This document shows positions 1 to 9,399 of a stretch of DNA of 64,000 bases, one piece after another. The first letter of the stretch is position 1; each line of letters starts with the position of its first letter. Under the pieces are notes generated by a model. It did not search any database, was not told where the DNA came from, and saw only the letters and a list, made by a program, of their open reading frames with translations. The stretch is from Verrucomicrobiota bacterium (GTDB lineage Bacteria; Verrucomicrobiota; Verrucomicrobiia; Methylacidiphilales; UBA1321), in assembly GCA_038745425.1 (NCBI GenBank), contig JBCDLL010000007.1, positions 1,688 through 65,687 on the forward strand, given 5' to 3'. The translations under genes were made by a program, and so were the position numbers.

Positions 1-1
1 C

Positions 2-298
2 ACCGGCGGCGAACTCGGCGAGCGCGTGCGCGTTTTCGACGATGCCGAAATCAGCATCTTTGGCCGCGAGTTTTCACTCAATGGGGTTCCCATCGGCACC
101 GGAGAGCTCATGGCCACCTCCGGCACGCTGACCGGAATCCTGCGGGACGGTACCGCCTTCAGCGTGGAAATCGAACGCGAGAACATCACCGGAAACGACA
201 TCATCGTTCTGGTACCCGAGCCGGCGACCGGCTGGTTGCTCCTCACGACGGGAGCGGCTCTCCTTCTACGCCGCCGCCGGAGTTCGGCCGCCGGCTAG
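2..298 (+). CDS. PEP-CTERM sorting-domain protein, C-terminal fragment (5' end upstream of window)
   Basis: Frame is open from nt 2. The C-terminus VPEPATGWLLLTTGAALLLRRRR has the PEP motif, a hydrophobic helix and an Arg cluster. Confidence 0.6.
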   Translation, partial: TGGELGERVRVFDDAEISIFGREFSLNGVPIGTGELMATSGTLTGILRDGTAFSVEIERENITGNDIIVLVPEPATGWLLLTTGAALLLRRRRSSAAG

Positions 299-423
299 GG
301 CAATCCAGTAACGATCCCGGCGGGCGATCGCCCAGAGTTGTCCGTCGGCCAAGCCAATCTGGTTCGTGGTTAGAACCGCGCTTTTCCCATGACGGGCCGT
401 CCGGGCGCCGCTAACCTGTTAGG

Positions 424-1695
424 GTGAAGATTTTTCCGTTTGTTTTCTGTCTCGTCGCGGTGGCGCTGTCACCGTTGGCCCTCACCGCGCAGGAGGCGGC
501 GCCGGCCGTTACCGTGGAGCATAGCGTTTCCGCTTTAGAGCCCGCCACCTCGCCCGACGGGAACATGGTCGCTACCGTCACCCGTCAAGGCAACGAGGAC
601 GTCCTCCTGCTCTCTAAAACCGCCGACCCCACCCATCGGGTAGCCTCCCAGCGCTATTCCCAAGGAGTCTTGAGCCTGGAGTGGGCGGAGGACTCCGCCG
701 CACTCGTGGTAGGCTTCCCGGACGAGCGCGGCAGCCAGGCCGACGTGCTTACGCAGCGCAACGGCACCTGGGTCCAGCTCCCCGCCACCACGCCGCCGCT
801 GGAAGGTCGGCTGCGCTACCAGTATCTGGGGGCGGTTTTTCGGGAGGGCACCGTGCAGCTTTCCTACAAGGTCAGCCAGCTTGATGACGACGACCAATTG
901 CTCGCCTTCGGTGTCTGCGCCTTCGACCTCAAGCTGGCCTCCGGCCAACGCGTGCTGCGCGCCTACCGCGACATGAACGCCCAGAGCTTCCAAACGGTCA
1001 ACCCAAACCCCGGCACCCCCGCCGCCGCTCCCAGCGTGCCCGACAACGTGGCGCCGGCTCCCGCGGTGGTCGAAAGCCCCGCCCCGCCCGCGACGCCCAC
1101 CACCGCGCGGCTCCAGGGCCTCCAGCCCATGGAGGGCATGAACCCCAAGAACGTCACGGCCAACCCCACCAGCAGCGACGCCGCCGCGCGCCAGGGCTTC
1201 GAGGCGCTGCGCCAGGGCGACTTGGAAACGGCCATGAAGCGCTTCAACCAGGCCTACCTGTTTAACGAGAACAGCCCGATCGCCTTCTGGGGCTTCGGGG
1301 CCGTGCTTGGCCAGCGCGCGCTCAAGCAGAACACCGAGGCCAACCTCAAAAAAGCGATCCAGATGTTCGAACGCGGGCTGATCCACGCCCGCGGCAAGGT
1401 GCGCGCCCGCATGCAGGGAGACTTCGGCCTCGCCTACACCCGCCTGGCCGTCTACTACCGCCAGCAAAACGATACCGAGCAAATGGAGCGCGCCTTCGAC
1501 GAAGCCGGCCAGCTCTTCAAACAGGCCTACCAAGGCGCCCGCAACTACCCGCCCGTAGCCGCCAACTATTCTCTCTACTACTATTACCGCGGCAACTACC
1601 GCCAAGCCAAAACGATGGCCGACCTCGCCGTCAAGCGCGGCTACAAGTTCGATCCGCGCTATCTCCAGGACCTCAAAGAAGCGCTGCGGCGGTAA
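424..1695 (+). CDS. secreted protein with Pro/Ala-rich linker and C-terminal TPR/Sel1-like helical repeats
   Basis: GTG start. Signal peptide MKIFPFVFCLVAVALSPLALTAQE, a PAAAPSVPDNVAPAPAVVESPAPPATP linker, and a helical repeat-like C-terminal half rich in A/Y/R/Q. Confidence 0.55.
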   Translation: MKIFPFVFCLVAVALSPLALTAQEAAPAVTVEHSVSALEPATSPDGNMVATVTRQGNEDVLLLSKTADPTHRVASQRYSQGVLSLEWAEDSAALVVGFPDERGSQADVLTQRNGTWVQLPATTPPLEGRLRYQYLGAVFREGTVQLSYKVSQLDDDDQLLAFGVCAFDLKLASGQRVLRAYRDMNAQSFQTVNPNPGTPAAAPSVPDNVAPAPAVVESPAPPATPTTARLQGLQPMEGMNPKNVTANPTSSDAAARQGFEALRQGDLETAMKRFNQAYLFNENSPIAFWGFGAVLGQRALKQNTEANLKKAIQMFERGLIHARGKVRARMQGDFGLAYTRLAVYYRQQNDTEQMERAFDEAGQLFKQAYQGARNYPPVAANYSLYYYYRGNYRQAKTMADLAVKRGYKFDPRYLQDLKEALRR

Positions 1696-1797
1696 CGGCG
1701 AAACGCCGTTTGCCAGCGAAGAGCGGACGGGTAAGTTTGGCCTCCATCATCCAACATCCCGCGATTCCCACCCAGAGTCTCTCCCTTCCTTCACCTG

Positions 1798-2331
1798 ATG
1801 AAAGTCCTCGTCCTGCTGGCTCATCCCGAGATCGAAGCCTCCCATTCCAACGCCCGCCTCCTGGCCGCCATTGAGGGCCGCGAGCGCGTCACCGTGCACC
1901 AGCTTTACGCCGCTTACCCGGACTGGCAAATCGACGTTGCGCGGGAGCAGGCCCTCTTGCTAGGGCATGACCGCATCGTCTTTCAGTTCCCGCTCTATTG
2001 GTACTCGACGCCGCCGCTGCTCAAGAAGTGGCAGGACGATGTCCTGACAATGGGCTGGGCCTACGGCGAGGGCGGCACCAAGCTCAACGGCAAGGAGCTG
2101 CTGATCGCCACCAGCATCGGAGGGCATCCCGACGTCTACCGCGCCGGCGGGCGCAACCATTTCACCATGAGCGAAATCCTGCGTCCGCTCCAAGCCACCG
2201 CGAACATCTGCGGCATGCACTACCTGCCGCCGTTTGTCGTCGGCGGCCATTTGGACGAGGCCGGCCTGACCGCCACGGCCCAGGACTACGCCGCCTACAT
2301 CACCAACCCCAAGCCACGCGGACTAGCGTAG
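1798..2331 (+). CDS. flavodoxin-like fold NAD(P)H oxidoreductase (KefF/KefG/quinone reductase family)
   Basis: MKVLVLLAHPE...HDRIVFQFPLYWYSTPPLLKKWQDDVL matches the Flavodoxin_2 family pattern. Confidence 0.8.
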   Translation: MKVLVLLAHPEIEASHSNARLLAAIEGRERVTVHQLYAAYPDWQIDVAREQALLLGHDRIVFQFPLYWYSTPPLLKKWQDDVLTMGWAYGEGGTKLNGKELLIATSIGGHPDVYRAGGRNHFTMSEILRPLQATANICGMHYLPPFVVGGHLDEAGLTATAQDYAAYITNPKPRGLA

Positions 2332-2365
2332 CGCCTTGCCCCAAAGGCCAGCCCGGCCCGGTTGA

Positions 2366-3904
<1,539 letters not shown>

Positions 3905-3928
3905 GGGGTGGTCTGGTTCGGGTTAAAA

Positions 3929-4144
3929 TCAAGCGTAAAGGAGTCGTCCTTTGGGTTCGGGAATGGAAACGCCGTCGGCTTGCGCCGTTTCCAGCCACAA
4001 ACGCATCGCGGACTCGGCATTGCCGATTGCCTGCTTGCGCGTGGACCCATGCGCCGAGCAACCAGATAACTCCGGCACTTCAACGACGAAAATTCCGTCT
4101 TGAGCGTCCCAATAGACGATCATTTCATAAGGGGGTAGCTTCAT
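3929..4144 (-). CDS. hicB: HicB-family antitoxin (UPF0150)
   Basis: 71 aa. YWDAQDGIFVVEVPELSGCSAHGSTRKQAIGNAESAMRLWLE matches the HicB N-domain pattern. It starts 1 nt after the hicA stop. Confidence 0.8.
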   Translation of the reverse strand: MKLPPYEMIVYWDAQDGIFVVEVPELSGCSAHGSTRKQAIGNAESAMRLWLETAQADGVSIPEPKGRLLYA

Positions 4145-4145
4145 C

Positions 4146-4391
4146 TTACAGGTCCAGGTATTGGCAGAGAATCTGTCGTACTTGCCTCACTTGATAAGCC
4201 TTCGCGTTCGATCCATCCGCCTGCAGGTTGATCCGCTCGGCAACTCCCGCTCGTACGAAGATATGGTGACTTCCTTTAACTCGTTCTTCAAATCCCAAGT
4301 GTTTGAGTAGGCCGACAAGGTCACGAAAGGAAATCTGCTGGTCCGATCTGGCCGATAATATCTTTTCGCGAACCTTGTCGTGTTTTCCCAT
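4146..4391 (-). CDS. hicA: HicA-family mRNA interferase toxin
   Basis: 81 aa. ...LLKHLGFEERVKGSHHIFVR... contains the HicA KGSHH core. Canonical hicA-hicB order. Confidence 0.85.
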   Translation of the reverse strand: MGKHDKVREKILSARSDQQISFRDLVGLLKHLGFEERVKGSHHIFVRAGVAERINLQADGSNAKAYQVRQVRQILCQYLDL

Positions 4392-4404
4392 CTAGCAGGG
4401 CTGC

Positions 4405-5859
4405 CTAAGCGTTGTAGGTGGAGCTGGACACGTCGCCGCCGTGGCCGGTCCAGTTGGTGTGGGTGAACTCGCCGCGGGGCCGGTCGACGCGCTCGTAAGT
4501 GTGGGCGCCGAAGTAGTCGCGCTGGGCCTGGAGGAGGTTGGCCGGCAGGCGCTCGGCCCGGTAGCCGTCGTAGAAGCTCAGTGCGGAGGAGTAGGCCGGG
4601 ACGGGGATGCCCAGGCTGGCCGCCTCGGCCACGACCTTGCGCCAGGAGGCCTGGCACTCGTCGATGGCGTGGTGGAAGAAGTCGTCCAGGAGCAGGTTCT
4701 CGAGCTCCGGGTTCTTGTCGTAGGCCTTCTTGATTTCGCCCAAAAAGACAGACCGGATGATGCAGCCGCCGCGCCACATTAGAGCGATGCCGCCGTAGTT
4801 GAGGTCCCAACCGTACTCCTGGCTGGCGGCGCGCATCAGCATGTAGCCCTGCGCATAAGAGACGATCTTGGAGGCGTAAAGCGCCTGGCGGATGTTCTCG
4901 ACGAACTCCTCCTTGTTGCCTTTGAACTCCGGCTTCGGGCCGCTGAGCACCTTGCTCGCGGCGACGCGTTCCTCCTTCAGCGCGGAGAGCGCGCGGGCGT
5001 AAACGGCCTCAGTGATGAGGTTAACCGGCTGGCCCTTGTCGAGGGCGGCCTCGGCCGTCCACTTGCCGGTGCCTTTCTGGCCGGCGGCGTCGAGGATAGA
5101 GTCGACCAAGTAGCCGCCGTCCTGCTTGAAGCGCAAAATATTGGTGGTGATCTCGATCAGGAAGCTGTCGAGCTCGCCCTTGTTCCACTCTTCAAAGACG
5201 TCGGAAATTTCGCCGTTGTCCATGCCCAGACCGCGGTGCATCAGGTCGTAGCCTTCGCAGATGAGCTGCATGTCGCCGTACTCGATGCCGTTGTGCACCA
5301 TCTTGACGAAGTGGCCGGCGCCGCCCTTGCCGACCCAGTCGCAACAGGGGCTGCCGTCCGGGGCCTTGGCGGCGCTCTGCTGGAAGATCTCCTTGATGTG
5401 CGGCCAGGCTTCCGGGCTGCCGCCGGGCATCAGGCTCGGGCCGTGACGGGCGCCGTCTTCGCCGCCGGAGATGCCCGTGCCGACGAAGAGCAGGCCCTTG
5501 TTCTCCAGCTCCAGCATGCGCCGCTGGCTGTCGGGGTAGTGACTGTTGCCGCCGTCGATGATGATGTCGCCCGCTTCCAGGTGCGGTACGATCTTCTCGA
5601 TAAAGGCGTCCACCGCCGGGCCGGCCTTGACCAGCATCATCACGCGACGGGGCTTCTTCAGCTTGGCCACCATCTCCTCGATGCTCCAGGCACCTTCCAC
5701 CTCGCTGCCTTTGGCTTCGTTCTCGAGGAACCGGTCGATCTTTGCCGTCGTGCGATTGTGGGCGATCACCTTGAACCCGTGATCGTTCATGTTGAGGATA
5801 AAATTCTGCCCCATGACGGCGAGGCCAATCAGGGCGATGTCTCCAGTCGGTTCACTCAT
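4405..5859 (-). CDS. gnd: 6-phosphogluconate dehydrogenase, decarboxylating
   Basis: 484 aa. N-terminal Rossmann motif IGLAVMGQN, plus GGNSHY and MVHNGIEYGDMQLI motifs. Confidence 0.95.
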   Translation of the reverse strand: MSEPTGDIALIGLAVMGQNFILNMNDHGFKVIAHNRTTAKIDRFLENEAKGSEVEGAWSIEEMVAKLKKPRRVMMLVKAGPAVDAFIEKIVPHLEAGDIIIDGGNSHYPDSQRRMLELENKGLLFVGTGISGGEDGARHGPSLMPGGSPEAWPHIKEIFQQSAAKAPDGSPCCDWVGKGGAGHFVKMVHNGIEYGDMQLICEGYDLMHRGLGMDNGEISDVFEEWNKGELDSFLIEITTNILRFKQDGGYLVDSILDAAGQKGTGKWTAEAALDKGQPVNLITEAVYARALSALKEERVAASKVLSGPKPEFKGNKEEFVENIRQALYASKIVSYAQGYMLMRAASQEYGWDLNYGGIALMWRGGCIIRSVFLGEIKKAYDKNPELENLLLDDFFHHAIDECQASWRKVVAEAASLGIPVPAYSSALSFYDGYRAERLPANLLQAQRDYFGAHTYERVDRPRGEFTHTNWTGHGGDVSSSTYNA

Positions 5860-6043
5860 CGTAAATCTCTTTCTTTGCGGGTTAGGTTAACGGCCAAGAG
5901 AGAGGCGCCCCCGCGCCCGAGCCAAACCGGTGGCAAGCGCGCCCATCCCTGGAAAGGCACAGTACTCACCGGAGTTGCCCCCACAAGTGGAAAAAAGCGG
6001 TCGGCGCCACAAAAGAGCCTTGTGACGATTGAGTTACGGAAAA

Positions 6044-6070
6044 CGGGACTCCCCCCGGTCCCGGTTTTTT
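6044..6070 (+). terminator. intrinsic-terminator-like hairpin + T6, 17 nt upstream of the AI-2E transporter start codon
   Basis: CGGGAC-tccccccg-GTCCCG followed by GTTTTTT. No upstream plus-strand gene exists for it to terminate. Confidence 0.4.
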
Positions 6071-6086
6071 GCTTAGCTGAAAGGCG

Positions 6087-7211
6087 ATGTCCGATGCGCA
6101 AGGCAAACAAGGTTGGGGCGAGGGACTGGACAAAGGCTTTGTGCGTCGCCTGTTGGCGGTCGTGGGCGTGGTGGCGTTGGCGGCCCTGGCGGCGGTCATC
6201 GTCTGGGAGCTGCTCAACATTCTGCTGCTGGCCTTCGGCGGGGTGATGGCGGCGGTCCTTTTTCACTTCCTCGCCACCAAGCTGAGCGGCCTTACCCGCC
6301 TGCCTTACCAGGCCGCCGTTCTGGTCGTGTTCCTGGGGCTGATCACGTTTCTGGGGGTCATCATTGGGCTGACCGGCCCGGTGATGAGCTCGCAGGTCAA
6401 CGCCATCTCGGAGGAGTTGCCCCGCTACCTGGAACGCTCCAAGAACCAGATTGCGGAGCTGCCGCTGGGCGACCAGCTGGTGTTCGAAATCGACCGTTTG
6501 ATTCAATCGGAAAACGGCTCGATCAGCCTGAGCTGGGAGCAGTTTTCGCGGATCAGCGGGCCGCTGCTGGGCATCTTCGGCACCACCTTGGGCACGGTCG
6601 TGTCCATTCTGCTCATCTTCCTGCTGGGCCTTTATCTCGCGATCGAGCCACGGATGTACGTGGCCGGCATCCTGCATCTGGTGCCGCTGGGGCACCGGCC
6701 GCGCGCGCAGGAGGTCCTCGACCGCATGTACGCCAACCTGGTATACTGGTTCTTCGGCCAGCTCGTAAGCCTGACCCTGATCGGCGTGGGCATGACGATT
6801 GGGCTCGTTTTGCTCGGCGTACCGCTGCCGGTCTTCCTGGGCCTGCTCACCGCCGTGCTTTCCTTCATCCCCAACCTGGGCCCCACGCTAGCAGCGGTCC
6901 CGGTGCTGTTGCTGGCGCTTTCGGTCAGCCCGTGGACGGCGCTGTACACGCTTATCTTCATCATCGCGCTGCAGAATTTGGAGGGCATCTTCGTCACCCC
7001 GACCGTGCTGCGCCGGGCCGTGCAACTGCCGCCCGCTCTGTTGATTGTTGTCCAGATCAGCCTGGCCACCCTGGCGGGTTTTCTGGGGCTGCTGCTGGCC
7101 ACGCCGCTGCTGGTCTGCGTGATCGTGCTGGTGCAGATGCTCTACGTGCGCGATGTCCTGGGCGAGGAAATGCCCGGCACCGCCCGGAGGGGCCTCCAAG
7201 CTTCCGGTTGA
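6087..7211 (+). CDS. AI-2E family (PerM/UPF0118) transporter
   Basis: 374 aa polytopic membrane protein. The ...SFIPNLGPTLAAVPVLLLAL... region is typical of the family. Confidence 0.85.
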   Translation: MSDAQGKQGWGEGLDKGFVRRLLAVVGVVALAALAAVIVWELLNILLLAFGGVMAAVLFHFLATKLSGLTRLPYQAAVLVVFLGLITFLGVIIGLTGPVMSSQVNAISEELPRYLERSKNQIAELPLGDQLVFEIDRLIQSENGSISLSWEQFSRISGPLLGIFGTTLGTVVSILLIFLLGLYLAIEPRMYVAGILHLVPLGHRPRAQEVLDRMYANLVYWFFGQLVSLTLIGVGMTIGLVLLGVPLPVFLGLLTAVLSFIPNLGPTLAAVPVLLLALSVSPWTALYTLIFIIALQNLEGIFVTPTVLRRAVQLPPALLIVVQISLATLAGFLGLLLATPLLVCVIVLVQMLYVRDVLGEEMPGTARRGLQASG

Positions 7212-7244
7212 CGTTGGCGGACCCTCTTTCATAGCCTCGAAGAC

Positions 7245-8102
7245 GTGAGCGAACAGGATTTGCAGCGGCTGCTGGCCGACCAGAAAGTCGCCCCCTGGAG
7301 AATGGCGCTGGCCCGGTGGGTGGAATCCCCGCGCATCCAGCGGATCATCATTGGGCTCATCCTGATCAACGCCGCCGTGCTTGGGATGGAGACCAACGCC
7401 GCGCTAATGGAGGAGTACGGCACGTTGCTCGTGGCAATCGACAAAATCTGCCTGGTCGGCTTCGTGATCGAGATCGCGCTGAAGCTGGCCGCCTACCGGC
7501 TGCTTTTCTGGCGCTCGGGCTGGAACTGGTTCGACTTTATCGTGGTTGGCATCGCCCTAATCCCGGCAGCCGGCCCCTGGGCCATCCTGCGGGCCCTGCG
7601 GGTACTCCGGGTCCTGCGCCTGCTCACGGTCGTCCCGGCGCTGCGCAAAGTGGTGGCCGCCTTCCTCCACGCCATTCCGGGCTTGGCCGGCGTCATCGCG
7701 GTCATGAGCATCTTCTTCTACACCGCCGCCGTGCTGGCCACGCGTCTCTTTGGCGAAGTCTTCCCCGAGTGGTTTGGCCACCTGGGGGCCAGCCTCTTCA
7801 GCCTGTTCCAGATTATGACCCTGGAGAGCTGGTCCATGGGCATCGTGCGGCCCGTGATGGTGGAGTACCCGTGGGCGTGGGCCTTCTTTGTGCCGTTCAT
7901 CATCATCGCCACTTTCACCATCCTCAACCTCTTCATCGGCATCATCGTCAGCACCATGCAGGAACTTTCCGAAAAGCCCGAACTGGAAGCGGCGGAAGCG
8001 GCGGGCGGCGCCGACACGCCCGAGATCGCCGCCACCCTGCGCCGCCTGGAGCGGGAAATCCGCGAACTGCGCCAACGGCTAGAGAAAAATCCACCGGCCT
8101 GA
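7245..8102 (+). CDS. bacterial voltage-gated sodium channel (BacNaV/NaChBac family)
   Basis: GTG start. S4 helix LRALRVLRVLRLLTVVPALRK has Arg at every third position. Selectivity filter FQIMTLESWSMGIVRPV. C-terminal coiled coil LRRLEREIRELRQRLE. Confidence 0.85.
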   Translation: MSEQDLQRLLADQKVAPWRMALARWVESPRIQRIIIGLILINAAVLGMETNAALMEEYGTLLVAIDKICLVGFVIEIALKLAAYRLLFWRSGWNWFDFIVVGIALIPAAGPWAILRALRVLRVLRLLTVVPALRKVVAAFLHAIPGLAGVIAVMSIFFYTAAVLATRLFGEVFPEWFGHLGASLFSLFQIMTLESWSMGIVRPVMVEYPWAWAFFVPFIIIATFTILNLFIGIIVSTMQELSEKPELEAAEAAGGADTPEIAATLRRLEREIRELRQRLEKNPPA

Positions 8103-8194
8103 CCCGTTATTAGCTCGGCATCCGGGTTTTTTGCCTTCCTCATGCTTCTGCCTTGCTCTTGGGGGCCAGGTTGCTAACCCATACCTTATTAGCC

Positions 8195-8944
8195 ATGGGC
8201 CTGCTGGACACGCTGAATCAGGATCACGACATGGAGAGGGACGAGTACAAGTCCCGGCTCCACGATCTGCAGTTGGCCATGCTCGAGCTCCAGCAGGAGC
8301 TCCTTGGCACCCGCCGCACGTTGATCCTGGCGTTCGAGGGACCCGACGCCGGCGGCAAGGGCGGCGCCATCAAGCGCGTCATCGAGATGCTCGACCCGCA
8401 CAAGATCAAGCTCCACGCCATCACCAAGCCGACCCAAACCGAGTACCGCTATCACTACCTCTGGCGCTTCTGGAACAAGCTGCCCGCCCAGGGCGAAACC
8501 GCCATCTTTGACCGCAGTTGGTACGGGCGCGTGCTCGTCGAGCGGGTGGAGGGCTTTGCCACCAAGCACGAATGGAAGCGCGCCTACGAGGAACTCAACG
8601 AGTTCGAGCGCGTCCTGATCGATGACGGCTCCATCCTCCTCAAGTTTTACATCCACATCACCAAAGAGGAGCAGAAGCACCGGTTTGAGCGCCGTCAAAA
8701 AGACCCCTTCAAGCGCTGGAAAATTAACGACGAGGACTGGCGCAACCGCGACAAGTGGAACCAGCACATCGATGCGGCCGAAGACATGTTCAAGCTCACC
8801 TCCTCGCCCCAGGCGCCTTGGCACGTGGTGGCCGGCAACTACAAATGGTACGCCCGCACCAAGGTTCTGCGCACCGTGGTGGAAAAGCTGAAGAAGGAAC
8901 TCAACCACGGCGGCAAGGTCGTCCGCAGCGCCGTGGCGGCATGA
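8195..8944 (+). CDS. ppk2: polyphosphate kinase 2 family protein
   Basis: ILAFEGPDAGGKGG P-loop and DRSWYGRVLVERV motif. An in-frame TTG at 8153 is an alternative start. Confidence 0.9.
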   Translation: MGLLDTLNQDHDMERDEYKSRLHDLQLAMLELQQELLGTRRTLILAFEGPDAGGKGGAIKRVIEMLDPHKIKLHAITKPTQTEYRYHYLWRFWNKLPAQGETAIFDRSWYGRVLVERVEGFATKHEWKRAYEELNEFERVLIDDGSILLKFYIHITKEEQKHRFERRQKDPFKRWKINDEDWRNRDKWNQHIDAAEDMFKLTSSPQAPWHVVAGNYKWYARTKVLRTVVEKLKKELNHGGKVVRSAVAA

Positions 8945-9381
8945 GCGAAGAGCTCGACCGGCCCGCCTGCGACCTGCCGGCCCGGCCCGCGCTGAGCGTG
9001 CCGGTGGAGATCTTCTACTTCGACACCGACGCCGGCGGCGTGGTCCATAACGTGGCCTACCTGCGCCTGGTGGAAGTGGCCCGCAGCAAACTGGCCGCGC
9101 ATCTCGGCTGGCCGCTCGCGCGGATGGAAGCCACCGGCATTGTGCCCGTGGTCGCGCGGACCGAGATCGACTACCTGGCCCCGGCGCGCCTCGGCGACGA
9201 ACTCGTCATTGAAGCGAAGCTGCTGCGGCTGGAGCGCGTGCGCTTCCTGCTCGGCTTCGAGATGATCCGCGCGGGCGACGGCCAGCACCTGATGCACTGC
9301 CGGCAAACCATGGCGGTGGTGAACCTCAACACGATGCGCCCGCATCGCCTGCCCGCCGCCTGGAAAGAGCGCTATGGGTAG
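8941..9381 (+). CDS. acyl-CoA thioesterase, hotdog fold (YbgC/4HBT-like)
   Basis: ATG overlaps the ppk2 stop (ATGA). VEIFYFDTDAGGVVHNVAYLRLVE matches the 4HBT active-site region. Confidence 0.8.
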   Translation: MSEELDRPACDLPARPALSVPVEIFYFDTDAGGVVHNVAYLRLVEVARSKLAAHLGWPLARMEATGIVPVVARTEIDYLAPARLGDELVIEAKLLRLERVRFLLGFEMIRAGDGQHLMHCRQTMAVVNLNTMRPHRLPAAWKERYG

Positions 9382-9399
9382 GACCGGACCCGGATCGCC

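Noticed and set aside
6113-7234. 373-aa ORF overlapping the AI-2E transporter in another frame, and likewise 7316..8113 over the Na+ channel
   Set aside because: The translations are Arg/Gly/Pro-rich and lack TM helices. The chosen frames give coherent polytopic membrane proteins with family motifs.
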